This document shows positions 11,571 through 25,111 of a stretch of 64,000 nt of DNA, in pieces. The DNA is from the human T2T-CHM13v2.0 reference genome, Homo sapiens: the NCBI RefSeq assembly GCF_009914755.1, contig NC_060934.1. One strand, given 5' to 3'. The notes under the pieces were generated by a model. It saw nothing but the letters and a program-made list of their open reading frames with translations, was not told the DNA's origin and ran no database searches. The stretch's first letter is position 1; the number at the start of each line of letters is the position of its first letter. A program made the translations under genes and the position numbers.

Positions 11571-13370
11571 CCTGTGTGGTTTACTGAGGTCTTGTATCTG
11601 TGGTTTATTGTATTTCATTAAATCTTGGAAAGTTCTTGATCACTGTAACTTCAAATATGTCTTCTGTCCCATTCTCTTTCTGTTCTCTTTCTGGGACTCC
11701 AATTGCACACGTGCTAAACAGTTGGATATATTGTTCCACAGATTTCAGATGCTCCATTTCATTTTTTCATTCTTTTTCCTGAATGCGTTTCTTTTTTTAT
11801 AATTTCTATTGACCTGTCTTCAGATTCACTGATTCTTTCCTGTGCTGAATCCTGTCTGCTGATGAGACCATTGAAGGGATTCCTTAGATGTGATAGTATT
11901 TTTTTATCTTGCTTACATTTCCATTTTATTCTTTCTTGTAGTTTCTTTCTGCTGCAGTTCCCCATCTTTTCATTATCTACATTTTCCCCACTAGATTATT
12001 TTAATCTTTTAATCACAGCCATTTTAAAGTCCTTCTTTGATAGTTTCAGTGTCTTGTTAATTCTCTAGGCCCAATTTTATTGATTGTCTCTTAACAATGT
12101 GTTGTTTTCCTTGCTTTTTGTGTGGCTCTTAACATTTGATTAAATGGAACATATGTTGAGCAGAATAGTAGAGACTTACGTAAGTAGAAATTTCTCCTGC
12201 AAATGGGCACATCCCTTCTCTCTAGCTGTTTTTATAGGGTAGGAACTGGCAAACTCTTGTCTGTAAAGGACCACATAAGTAAATACCTTAGGCTTTGTGG
12301 CTCACAGGGTCTCTGTTGTAACTTGTTGATTCTGTGAATGTAGCCCTAAGCCAGTCATAGGCAACAAGTAATTGAATAGCCATGGTTGTGTGCCATTAAA
12401 ACTTTATTTACAAAAACAAGTGACAAGCCAAATGTGGCTGGCTAACTGTAATTTGCCAATCCCTGGTCTGGGGATTGAGTCTGCCTGGTCAGTCAGTAGT
12501 TGAGCTAGGTTTTGGTTTTGTCATTGTTGTAGTTCCTTTCCATGCATGAGAGACTTGTTAAAACTCTCCAGCACTAGGCTGCTGCTACCTTGCAATTAAC
12601 ATGGAGACTGGGGTGCCTGGGTGCCCCTCAGTGCTCCTGTTGCACACCCACTTTGACCATTGCTGCACACCTGTTGTGATGGAAGTGTGCCGGTGAGGAG
12701 ATGGGCCCCTGGAGAGGGGAGGGTGTGTTTTAAGTTCTGATCTCAGGATGGCCCTGTGCCTTTGGGCTTTCGGGCTAGAGCTTTCTCAGTGTCCCTGCCT
12801 CCTCTCCTTCATCCAGCCAAACTATCTGTATCTGTCAGAGGACAGGTGGTAGGTGGGAGGGAGTTTCCTGCCCATCTTCTGGGAAGAGAAGACCCTTGCT
12901 TCTTGGCATGCAGGACCTGGGTCTGAGGGAGCATCCGGCCGTCCTGCACCGAGAGGCTTTGTCTTCCTTACAGGAGGGGTCTAGGGATGCAGGTGGGGGC
13001 TCTGGAGCCTACTGCCTTACCCACCGATCTTCCCTGTGTGCACCTGGTAGAAGCCAGTGAAGAAGAGCTTGTAGGTGAGAATAGGATCCCATTTATTCCA
13101 AACTGCGGTCCAGCCCACACTTACCCATTAACAGATTATTGCAATGGAAGCTGCTTTCTTCTGTGGCAGCTCCTCCTTCTACTTTTCCAAAGGCAAAACA
13201 ATCTGTGGCACCATTTCCCTTCAGGTGTTTCGGGCGCCTGTGGCCCTTGCTCTTTAATAGGCTAAAGAAAAATAGGATTTTGTAGACTAGCTGAGTTTTT
13301 CTTGTCAGTGAGGTGGAAGCAATGTTCTCTTATGGCTTTTTTTCCATACATCAGAAGTAGAGTTCCAGAG
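11571..13370 (-). mobile_element. Old L1 5'/ORF1 segment, antisense, nested in the plus-strand L1
   Basis: ORF 11759-11965 translates NPFNGLISRQDSAQERISESEDRSIEII, like the L1 ORF1p coiled coil. Extent beyond ~12200 is inferred. Confidence 0.6.
12240..12465. mobile_element. MER58A-like hAT-Charlie DNA transposon
   Basis: Ends GGCAAACT...TTTGCCAATCCCTG; internal AAAACTTTATTTACAAAAACA typical of MER58A. Confidence 0.8.
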
Positions 13371-15060
13371 AAATCCAATGGGGACAGGAAAGTCTTCAAC
13401 AAATGATGCTGGGACACCTGGGAGAAAAGGAGGCATACGGGCAGGCAGAAAGGAAGGAAGGAGAGAGACAGAAAAGAAAGAAGAGAAGAAAAGAAAAGAG
13501 AAAAGAAAAGAAAGGGGGAAAGAGGGAGGGAGAGAGGGAGGGAAGGAAAGAAGGGAGGGAGAGAGGGAGGGAAAGAGAGAGAGAAACTCAGCCCTACCTC
13601 CTCACATTATACAGACAAGTAAGTAAAGACAGATGATAGAGTACATAAAAAAGCGGGACTACAAAACTTTCAGAAAAAAAAAAAAAACAGGAGAAAATCG
13701 TGACAGGGGTTCTTGGATGGGAAACACAAACAAAAATTTTAAAAAAAATGATTAGATTTCATCAAATTTAAAACTTTATCAAAAGGCAACACTAACAGCA
13801 TGAATAAGTAAGTCACAGACTGAGAGAAATAATCAAAAAACATCCATTTAGTATTGAACAAGTATCCAGGGTATATAAATGACATAGAGAAGTCAACAAT
13901 AAAAATATTTTGAAAAAATTAAAAATAAGCAAAATATTTGAACAGATACATCACAAAAAAGATATGCAAATGACTCATAAGCACTTAAAACCGTGTTCAA
14001 TATTTATTGTCTTCAGGGACATGTGAAATAAAAGCCACTGGAATGGCTAAAAGTAGGAACTTTGACAATACCAAGCGTTGACAAGGACATGTTGTGAGCC
14101 ATCAGAACTTTCCTCAACTCTTGGTGGAAGGGTAAAATGCCACCAGCTCTCTGGAAAAAAGTCTGGCTGTTTTTAATAAAACTAAACATTCACCTATCCT
14201 CTGACTCAGTTCTTCCATTTTCCAGGCATTTAACCAAAAGAATTAAAAGAATATGGCCACAAAGAGATTTGGTCAACCTCATTCATAGCAGTTTATCCAG
14301 AACAGTCAAAAAGTGGAGCCTGTCCAGGAATCCATGACCAGAAGATGTGGTGAATTGTATGATGTGAGGCTGCTCAGCAGCAGAAGAGCCTGCAGCAACA
14401 CGAGTGTGTCTCAGATACAGTTGGCTGAGTAAAGAAGCTTCACATGCAAGAATGCCTACTGCAAGATTCATTTTGGTTATGTTTCAGAAGAGGCACAACT
14501 GATGTTTAGTGGAAAGAACCAGCATGTCAGTTGCCATGGTGAGCAGGGGTGGAGATTGACTTGAAAGGGCATGAGGGGGCTCTCTTGACCTGGTGGGCAT
14601 GTTTAATGTCTGGATAGAGGTTTGGGTTGCACAGGAGACTGCATTTTTCCCAAACTGATTGGCTGGTATGCTTAAGACTTGTGCATTTAACTTTCTGCAA
14701 ATTTTACCTCCCTCTCCCCCACTAAAAAGAAGAGAGCCATAGACAAATATTGAACTCACAGTAATAATATGCAAGCTGCAGTGTTCAGAGGGGAAGCATG
14801 CTAAGGCATACCGTATGCTTTGAAACTTCAAGAAACTGAGAGAAAGAAAGGGGAAGGAACAAGAGGAGGAGGAGGAGGGAGGGGCAGATGGCTTGAAGGA
14901 TGGATCCATGATTGATGCATGGGTGGATGGATTTATGTGCCACAAAGCAAATATAGTAAAATGGTAATTTTCGAATCCCGGTGGAGGGTGTTTGGGTGTT
15001 TACTGATCGTTTAAACTTCTCTTTATATTTGAAAATGTTCTTGATAAGAAGTAGGGGGGG
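13371..15060 (+). mobile_element. Old L1 (L1MC/ME-like) ORF2 3' end and 3' UTR fragments
   Basis: GTCTTCAACAAATGATGCTGGG, TTGAACAGATACATCACAAAAAAGATATGCAAATG and TGACAATACCAAG are L1 3' hallmarks. Confidence 0.7.
13445..13586 (+). repeat. Polypurine (GA-rich) low-complexity tract
   Basis: GGAA/GAAAA/GGGA runs, almost purely A/G for ~140 bp. Confidence 0.9.
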
Positions 15061-15089
15061 AAATATGCTAGAGCAGGGAACATGAGGAG

Positions 15090-15430
15090 CCATGCTGCAG
15101 TGCACCTTGGTTAATGAGCTCTGGCTCCAAATTCTGAAACCTAATAGCCGTGGGACTTGGGTAAATTATCCAGCACATCTAAACCTCAGTTTCCTAGCCT
15201 ATAAGATGGGCTAATAATTATGCCTGCTGCCTGTACCTGCTCTCCAGGCACTCTACAGGCCCTTATTTGGTACTAAGTTATTCCTCCCAACAGCGCACCA
15301 TGGGGGCCATTTCTATTGAGCACCCTGCTGTACAGATGAGACTGAAGCTGAAAGGGAGATGAAGAGAGGAGCCAGGATTTGTCGGGGGTTCCTTTGGTTC
15401 CAGGCTTGGCATTTTTGCTCACCATGCTCA
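15090..15430. mobile_element. MIR fragments (two, opposite orientations)
   Basis: Core CCTCAGTTTCCT...TATAAGATGGG, then reverse core TACAGATGAGACTGAAGCT. Confidence 0.6.
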
Positions 15431-15612
15431 GGGTCTCATAATTTCGACTGAACCATTTTGTTGAAACCTGTGTTGATGCCGAGAGGAAGACTTAAAGCCA
15501 GGTTATTTTGGAGTTAACTTTAAAATCCCTGTCTTTGTAACTAATTATAGCTATATTATGCAGATTTAAGGCATCTAATGAGTCAGAGTAGAAAATTAGT
15601 ACTTGAATAGAA

Positions 15613-16044
15613 TGTATTAGTCTTGTGTGGCTGCTGTAACAAACACCACAAACTTAGTGGCTTAAAACAACTGAAATGAATTCTCTCAGTCTGGGGGCCA
15701 GAAATCCACACTGAGGCATGGGTAGGGCCATGCTGTTTCTGGAGGTTCCAGAGGAGAATCTGTTCCTTGCCCCTTTCAGCTTCTTGTGGCCGCATCACTG
15801 CAGTATCTCCTCTGGTCGTGTTGCTGCCTCCCCTTCTATGGGTGTCAAGTGTATCTCTCGCTTCCCTTATAAGAACACTTGTCATTGGACATAGGGCCAC
15901 TTGGATAATGCAGGATACGCCCATCTCAACATGCTGAATTTAATTACATCTGCAAAGATCTGTTTTCCACGTCAAGCCACATTCACAGATTCCAGGGATT
16001 TGACATGGATATCTTTGGGGAGGCCATTTCTTTGTCCTGCCACA
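15613..16044 (-). mobile_element. MLT1C/D-like MaLR solo LTR
   Basis: TGTATTAGT...GCTGCTGTAACAAACACCACAAACTTAGTGGCTTAAAACAA...TTAATTACATCTGCAAAGA...CACA. Confidence 0.85.
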
Positions 16045-19000
16045 CTCAGCAAAACCATATAAATTAACGTGTATTCAATAATGCTTAGCAGTAGGATAGT
16101 GGATTAAATATTGCAAGATCTTATAGGCAAGAGGTAAGAAAGCTGTGGACAATCACAGTACATCTTAAGCTGGTGCCATAAAGCCAGGCTCAATGGAAAC
16201 AGGTGTGATGACCACAGCACTTCCTAGTAACCTGACAGGGATTATTTAATGTAATTCTCAGGATGGCCCCACCACCTCCATTGTGAGTAATGAGGAAACC
16301 GAGGCACAGCAAGTATTTAGCTTGCTCAGCCACCCAGCTTTGGTAAGGAAAAGTCATAAGGAAAGGTGACGCTCAGTGGGTGTTCCATAGTGCAACCCTC
16401 TGAGATAAATGCCACCATGATCTCTGCTATATAGACCTGGAAACTGAGGTGGGGGAGAGGAACTAACATGCCTGAGGTCCCTGACTGTCAGGTGGCTGGT
16501 AGAGGAGGAGGGAGTCCAGGAGCTCACAGGGCAGCTCTGCCGCCTTGGACAGAGTAATGGGCCGGGATCTGAACCCGGGGCTGGGAGCCCAGAGGCTGAG
16601 GCACAGCCACCACTGTGTAATAGTAACAAAGAGAACTGAAAGAGAAGGTTGCATACTTGTTTCCAGTGATTATCATTAGAACTTGGTACCAGGGAGATGA
16701 GGTGAGCCATAGTCCCATCTCCAAGGAGGCCACCATGGGCTGCGAGGCCTGCAGAGGACCTTTTACTGCTTCACTGTGCTCTCGGGCCAGATGCGCTTGG
16801 CACTAGGAAGTGCTGTGGGACCCCCACAGGGATGCTCACTCATCCAAATGCCGCGCTTCCTCCGTGCCTTTCTAAGTTATCCAGGAGTGTGTCCTCCCTT
16901 GCATTCACTGAGAGCCTGTGCACCTGTCCCTTGGACTTCCCCAGTGCCCTGAGCAGCATCCCCCCTCGCTGTCCTCCCTCACTTTCTGCAGCAACCATCC
17001 GGTGCTCTCACTGTGGATCCTGAGGATTCCACACTGGTCTCCCTGGGCGCTATGGATCCTGCAGTCTTGGTGGATTGTTGTGCCTTCCTCTTAGGTCTGT
17101 GAGCTTCTAAGGGAAGGGACTGACTTCCATCTCCACATCCCGTTGCCACTATGGGGCATGCAGAAGTGGACAGAGTTGATAGCTTGAGTCAGAAATGCAA
17201 CTCATTTAACTTCCTGCAGAACAGTGCTTGGGAGGTAAACTCCCTGAGTTTTTGCCTGTCTATAGGGGTATTGTTGTCTTGTATGTCTTGTATTACAGCT
17301 GTTTGTGAATGTTTCTCTTCCCTCCTAAAGTACTAGTGTTATCTATTAGTCTATAAAACAGCCTCTAGAAATTAAGATTCAGAACTATTAGACTTTATAA
17401 GAAGGTGAAAAGAAAAAGGAGGATCGCCAAGGATTAGTGATTGATACATTGGTATGAATCTAAAACCCGTCACTGAGCATTAAGTTGCTAAAAAAAAGAA
17501 GTAGAGAACATGAAAAAAAATTACAGCTGAGTAAAAGAATTGAAGCTGACAATTGCAAGTAAGAATACAGTTTGCCCCTGTAAATTAAATAAGTTATGGT
17601 TATATTTGCTCCTGAATACTTTTAATCTTATTTTGGTTGACTATATTCTAAATAAAATGAGCTACCAGTAATGCCTTCTAAAAACTTAGCAATCACTAAA
17701 CATTTTCCAAGGAAATTTCACAAGGAGGGGAAACTGGTAGATGGTCTTCAGGTTTGAAGCACCTGCAAGTATGTAATACACTATTTAAGTAAACAAATGA
17801 ACCTTACTCATATTTCCATGGTGTCTCTACCTTCTTCTTGCAGTTCTGGCTTTAGTTATTGCTTTATGTCCTTGTCTCCTCTGACAGCCTGAACACAAGA
17901 GGGTATGTATTCCTTTTTAAGACCAGTGTTTAGTATAATGTCTAGACTCTCCCAGCTATTCAATAAATACTTACTGAATGAATGAATTCTTGAATGACTA
18001 TATGCATGAATACAGAATTTATCCATGGGTTAAAGATGGAACTTCAAAGTATTGTCTGATTGTTGCCAATTGGGACACAAATTTTTTAATCCCTTAATGA
18101 TTTTGCTTCATTTTCATTCTTTTTTGTGCCTGCATAAAAATTTAAATAAACATTGACTCTTTTATCCTTCATAAGTCACAGCAGATTTAATTTCACATTC
18201 TAAATGTCTGCACTTAGGAAACTCAGCATGTATGATGTGGTCCTGAGTAAGTACATATCCATGGGATAAATTATATGCCAACTCAGAAATGTCAAATATT
18301 TTGTATTTCATTGCATGTGAAGAATTTGAAGGAAAATCTACTGGACTGTTGAACAGAGACCTCTACACTACAAACAACCAGTCAAAGCTTGCTTAACTCA
18401 TGTGTTAAGGTTGACCCTGGGTGCCCCACTTTTTGTGAATTTCATTCTCATATTTTCTAGATTTATTTCTTAGTTTTTCTGGAGTACATCCTGTAGTGAC
18501 TTCCTGAGGAATGTGTGGAAGGTCGCCTTTTTGAGTCTTTGACTCTCTCAATTTTTTAAAATCTTCTCATACGCTTCATTAATAATTTCACTGAATATAG
18601 AAATCTTGGTATAAATTTCTCTTGGTCCTTTGAAGATAATTCCACTGTGTTTCAGATTCAGTTCTGTGTTTCACTTGGCTTTTCTGGTTAGTTTTTCTCA
18701 TTTCTGGTTCTTTTATGCTGGCGATACATCGGTGTCTATGGTTTCCTAGGCTTCATCCTGACTGACCTCTTCATGGTAGGAATTCTATCCAGGACTCTGT
18801 AAAGGGCAAATCATTTAGAGTATGTGTGCAGGGAGCTGGCCACGGGCTGCAAATTTAACCAATGAAAGCTATTGTCTCCAACATTTTCCCTAGTTTCTTT
18901 GGGGGAGAGTGTTTTTGGGAGGAGTGTTTTGCTGGAACATAAATGCCTGAGCTTCATGGCTGATGGGTGGAAAAGGGGAAAGAGGGTGAGGTTTTGACTG

Positions 19001-19904
19001 GTACAATTGCCCCACAGATAGAACTTCAGTTGCTCCTCTGTCTTCAGCCCTTTCCAACTCCTGTACTCCAGTCTGTATGCTGATCTGAGCACAGACATCT
19101 CAGGGCTTCCTGGGTGGACTGAGGCCCACCTCTTCTGAAACCTGCTTTCTGTGTCCCCCAGACTGCAAACTTCTTGGCCTGCTAACCTTGTGTAACCCTC
19201 TGCCACCCACCTTCTGTTTTCTAGAACCTTATTGAAGTCTTGTGTATGGTAGTGACTCCCTATTCAATTCCTGTTATATGGTTCTTGTAATGCTATATTT
19301 TTATTTCAGTGGGATCTGGAGAGAATGGGGACACAATTATAGTCCTGGTTCTTTAACTTAAACCAGAGACCCTGAATGCCATCAACAAATAAGTTCAAGA
19401 ACTCCAAAATGATCGAGTTAAACATGTGTTCATGGTTATGCTTTTATCTTAGCATATAAAATAGATAGATATCTATTTTATTTCCATTTTAATATACTGG
19501 GTTTTACAAAGCCTGCTAAGCCTAAGACATTTTAAAACAGAGAGGCGAGAGAAAGAATGAGAGAAAGAAACGATGAAATGAAAAGGCAAAGTTCTAACCT
19601 TTCTTAGTATTTCAAGAGGAACCCAAAATGAGATTCCTTTCACCAGAAGTCCCACCAGAAGTACAAATTCTGACAAATTTGTACATGGGCCCAATTTTTG
19701 TGGTGCTTCTGTTGAAAACCGAAATCCCCTCCTGAATAAAAGGGATATCCCACTTAGACAATTCAGAAGATCTTATCTTCTTCCATGCAACTTTCTCATT
19801 TCCATTAGCACATCCAGATGAGTCAGAAATCTCTATCTGCCATCTGGTAGCACCTTTCCACCAGTCAATACACTGCTCTTCTTCTGCAAAGACTTCAAAG
19901 AGTT

Positions 19905-20170
19905 TAAATAAATGCATATTTTGTTTTGAGCACTTACTATGTGTTGGCCATTGTCTGTGTCTTCAGGAAGCAGCAGTGATCAAAACAAAGTCCCTCCTCA
20001 CACCCAGCTCATGTTCTGGTGGAGGGAAAAATAAGGAGCAGGTAAACACGTAATGTCTCAGGTGAAGACAATTCTATGAAGGGGATAGGATGGGAAATGG
20101 TGGGCAAGGGGACTTAGTGAATATTCAGGATGGTTATGGAGGGCCTCCCTGATGAGGTGACATTTGTCTA
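19905..20170 (-). mobile_element. L2 3' fragment
   Basis: TTGAGCACTTACTATGTG...AAAACAAAGTCCCT...GAGGTGACATTTG. Confidence 0.7.
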
Positions 20171-20182
20171 GAAAGAAGAGTG

Positions 20183-22620
20183 AATATCCAGTTTTCTCAG
20201 CACCATTTATTGAAGAGACTGCACTTTCCCCAATGAGTGTTCTTGACAGTTTTGTAAAAACTCAGTTAGCTGTAGCTACTTGGATTAATTTCTGGATTCT
20301 CTGTTTTCTTCCATTGGTCTGTGTGTCTGTTTTTATGCCGGTATCATGCTGATTTGATTACTATAGCTTTGTAGTCTATTCTGAAGTCTGGTAGTGTGAT
20401 GCCTCCAGCTTTGTGTTCTTTTGTTCACTTGTTTGTTTATGTTCCTCAAGATGGTTTTGGTTATATGGCATCTTTCATGTTTCCATACAGATTTTAGAAT
20501 TTTTTTCCTACTTCTGTGAAGAATGTCATTGGTATTTTTTGATAGGGAGCACACTGAACCTGATTGCTTGAGTAGTATGGGTATTTTAACAATATTAATT
20601 CTTCTAATCCATGAGCATGAGATGTCTTTCCATTTGTTTGTATTCTCTTCAGTTTCTTTCAGCAGTGTTTTATAAATCTCCTTATAGAGGACTTTCACCT
20701 CCTTGGTTAAATTTATTCATAGGTATTTTTTTGGTAGCAATTGCAAATGATACTGCCTTTTAAATTTCTTTCTCAGCTAGTCTATTGTTCCTATATAGAA
20801 ATGCTGCAGATTTTTGTGTATTAATTTTGTATCTTGCAACATTATTTGTCAGTTATAACGGTTTTATTTTTGTGACATCTTTAGGTTTTTCTCTATGTAA
20901 GATTACATCGTCTGCAAACAGAAACAATTTAACTTTCTCCTTTCCAATTTGAATGTGCTTTACTAATTTCTCTTGCCTGATTGCTGTGGTTAGGACTTCC
21001 AGGACTATGGTCAATAAGAGTGGTGAGAGTGGGTATCCTTATCGTTTCCCAGCTCTTAGAGGAAAAGCTTTTATCTCTTCCTCATTCAGTATGATGTTAG
21101 CTGTGGGTCTGACATATATGGCTTTTCTTATGTTGAGGTACTTTCCTTCAATTAGTTTATTGAGAGTTTTTATTATGAAGAGGTGTCGGAGAATGAAACT
21201 ATATCCCCACCTCTCACCCTGTACAAAAATCAGCTCAAAGTGAATCAAAGATCTAAATGTAAGACCCAAAACTATAAAACTAATAGAAGAAAACAGAGGA
21301 AATGCTTGAATACATTGGTCTAGGGAAAGATCTTATAAATTTTTGTGATCGTAAGATTTTTATGAATCGCAAAAGCACAGACAACAAAAGCAAAAATAAA
21401 CAACTGGGATTACACCAAACCACAAAGCTTCCACACAGCAAAGAACACAACCAACAGAGTGAAAAGACAACCTAAAGAAAGTGAGAAAATAATTGCAATC
21501 TATTCATCTGACAGGGGCGTAATATCCAGCATATACAAGGAACTCAACAGCAAAAGAATAAGCAATCCAGTTAAAAAATGAGCAATTGACCTGAACAGAC
21601 ATTTCTCAAAGGAAAACACATACATGAAAAAGAAACATATGAAAAAATGCTCATCATCACTAATAATCAGGAAAAGGTGAATCAAAACCACAGTGAGGTA
21701 TCATCTCACCCTGGTTAGTGTGGCTGTTATCAAAAAGACAAAAATCACAAATTCTGGCTAGGATGCAGAGAAAAGGGAACTCTTGTACACTGTTGATGAG
21801 AATGTAAACTAGTACAGCCACTGTGGAGAACAGTACGAAGGATCTTTAGAAACACACATAGAAATATGACCCAATACTGGGCATTTATCTAAAGGAAAGA
21901 AAATCAATATGTCCAAGAGACACCTGCATCTTCCATGTTTATTGCAGCAATATTCATAACAGCCAAGATACGGAATCAACCGGGGTATCTGACAACAGAT
22001 GAGTGGGTAAAGAAAATGTAGTACATACGCACAAAGGAATATTATGTAGCCATAAGAAAGAATTAAATCCTGTCATTCATGGCAGCATGGATGGAACTAG
22101 AGGACATTATGTTAAGTGAAATAAGCCAGAAACAGAAAGTTAAACACCTCATAGTCTCATTCATATGTGGAAGCTAAATAAAAGTTGGTCTCATTGAAGT
22201 AAGAAGAAGAAAAGAGGATGCCAGAAGCTGAGAAGGGATGGGGAGGGGAAGGACAAGGAAGGTTTGTTAAAAGATACGAAATTACAGCTAGATAAGCTTT
22301 AGTGTTTTGTACTAGATGACTATAGTTGATCACATTATATAGTTATTATTGTATAATAACTATACATATATAGTTAACTATATAAGTACATATTACATAG
22401 CTTCAAATAGCTAGGAGGACTTGAAACTATACAGCTATATATTCTACAGTTTCAAATAGCTAGGAGGAGGATACTGAATATTCTCAACACAAATACATGA
22501 TAAAGGTTTGAGATGATGGATATGCGAACTATCCTGATACTCTCACTTTACATCGTATGTATGAATACATCACTATGTGCCCCACAAATATGTGCAATTA
22601 TTATGTGTCGATCAGATTTT
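20183..22620 (+). mobile_element. 5'-inverted, truncated L1MA-type element (inverted part 20183-~21186; sense 3' part ~21187-22620)
   Basis: Antisense ORF2 peptide [31 protein letters not shown]; sense part runs GAATGAAACTA...AAATGTAAGACC through an L1MA-like 3' UTR. Confidence 0.88.
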
Positions 22621-24359
22621 TTTTGAGTTAAAAATGAAAAGTGAGGTGATGGCTGAAAGTGAGGTGTAGCGTTATCTGCCAGGAAGCATGGGCAGGATGT
22701 AGTTATCAAAGTGATAACCAGTTTCTCTTTTAGTCTTAATTCTAAAAGATATTTAGGGATTTTATATCCATTGAGGTATTTCTTTATATACACATTGCAA
22801 TTTTTTTATTAGATAACATTTGTTTGTAGGTAACCTCAAATATAAACTGCAGGGAGGGCATGAGGACCTACGTAGAACTTCTTGGAAGAAATAAGTTTTT
22901 TAAAACACAGCATTTGTGCGTGCATGGGAAGGGCCTTCTATTCCAGTGCCTTGGAAGAGTACTTGACTCTGACGAGGACAGCTGGTCAGCCACTGCTCAG
23001 AGCAGTTTCTACCACTTCAAAAGCCCCTTCAGCTCTCGTATATTTTACAATCCTACGGCCACTACAACATCCCCGTTTTACAGTTTTGTTGATCAGATAA
23101 AGAGCCTGGAACACCCCAAATCCTGCTGGAAGCTCTCCTAGAAACAGAATTCCAGAGAGGCCAGCACCTCCTCCTGGAATGTCCCCCAGTATTTGTCTCT
23201 GTGGTGCCAAAGCTCTGGTGTGTGGACCAAACACAAGCTAGCCTAGTGCAGGTTTTGTGGAAGTGTATGCTCAGGTCTTTTCTGATTCACTCGGTGGTCC
23301 TCCCTTGTCTCATTGTGGCTGGACACAAACAAGGAAATCTTCACAGTTTGGAGTCCAGTGGTTCTCACAAAAGCCCAGAACAGCCTGATGTCCACATGGT
23401 CATTTCCAAATCTCAAAGCGACATCTGAGTTGCAAAGTTGAAACTGATGGGGAATCGTGTGTCTCCTTCCCAGCTCAAGGGTCCCTTGACACGTTTCAAG
23501 GGCTCTGGGGGAAAGATGGCCTGAGATGAGAGTTACAGGCATCATGCCCCAGAAATAGAATTGATAGCAAAGGGCTTGAGGAGTTTTTGCCACTCCCTAT
23601 TGACTGTTATAGAACTTGGAAGCTCGCCTGTGGGGCCTGGGATCCATCACCTCTCATAACAGGCATTAAACTGATGTCATTATTCAATGTCATTCGGTGC
23701 CATCAAAACAGGACCTGCTTTTGAAGGCCAGCCTGGACTTGAGGCTGATCTTTGCCATTTGACCAGCCGCCCGAGGGCAGACATGTTCCCCAACTCTTAA
23801 TTTCTTCTAGAGACGTGCCGACCTGGCAGGATTGGTTTAGGATTAAGGGAAATGATGCACGCTCAGCACATCATAGAAGCTCTAGTAAATGTAAATGCTC
23901 TTTTCTGTTGTTTTTTCACATCATGGTGACAAATGGCTCCTCTGGAAGGTCCTGCAGATGTGAAACTGGGTGGTGGTGTCACCTGCTGACAGCGGTGGGT
24001 TTTTCTTCCCTTGGGTGCCATGAGGGTGAAGAGCTGGGGCGAATACTTGGAGGACGGGCACTTGGTTTGGTTCTGTTTTCTACATGTCCATCTCTACTGG
24101 GTTATCCATCCACCGGGTCACATATTGTCCTTGAGTTGCCCACAAGTCCTGGGGATCTACCAAAATGTCCCTCTCAACAGCGGTGACTTCCTGGTCTTGG
24201 GTGGGGGACAGTGAGCTGGATTGTGTCCCCGAAGTTCCGCTCAACCCCTCCTTTTGACTCGGCACTTGTTCTTCCCACCTGGTCTCAAACATAGACTATC
24301 TTCACAGACTTCTCGGCTTGGTTCCCCCTCCCCTAGAAAACGTCTTGGTTGGGAGTGGA

Positions 24360-24958
24360 GACACATACTCACACAGACCCACAACAGACACAACACACAC
24401 AAACACACAGAGACACACACAGACACATACACACCCTGACACACACAGAGGCACACATATACATGTTCACACACATACACAGACACACACAAACTTAGAG
24501 ACACACAGACACATACACACACTAACACATACACAGAGAGGCACACATACACACGTTCATACACATACATAGGCACGACACACACAACAGACACAACACA
24601 CACATCATACACAGACTTACACAGAGACACACAGACACATACACACACTGACACATACACACGGGCACACACATATATATTCACACACATACACAGACAC
24701 AACACACACAAAAGACACAACACACACAAACTTACCCACACAGAGACACACAGACACATACACACACTAACACATACACACAGAGGCACACATACACATG
24801 TTCGCACATATACATAGACACACACAGACACACACATTCACACACAGAGACACACACAAACACTAATATATACAGACACACAGAGACACACACACACAGA
24901 CACAAACACACACAGACACAGACACACAGGCACAAACACAAGCACACTCGTTCACACC
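24360..24958 (+). repeat. Degenerate (CA)n-rich repeat with higher-order blocks
   Basis: ~600 bp of ACAC/AGAC/ATAC; the block CAGACACATACACACACTAACACATACACA recurs. Confidence 0.95.
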
Positions 24959-25046
24959 CAAGAGGGTCTCGTGGCTACTGTGGCCACTAGTTCATGAGAT
25001 GCTGGAGTTTGTCAGCTGGCTGAAGGCAAATTATACCCTGCATGAG

Positions 25047-25111
25047 TTATCAGGTTGATAATTGCCATTACTTTTAACGCAAAAACCTCAAATACTTTTG
25101 CGCCAACCTAA
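25047..25111. mobile_element. MADE1 (mariner-derived MITE) remnant
   Basis: TTGCCATTACTTTTAAcGCAAAAACC...TACTTTTGCGCCAACCTAA matches the MADE1 centre and right TIR. Confidence 0.75.

Noticed and set aside
20333-21269. L1 ORF2-like peptides as a functional reverse transcriptase
   Set aside because: Short, frameshifted fragments of a truncated, inverted L1.
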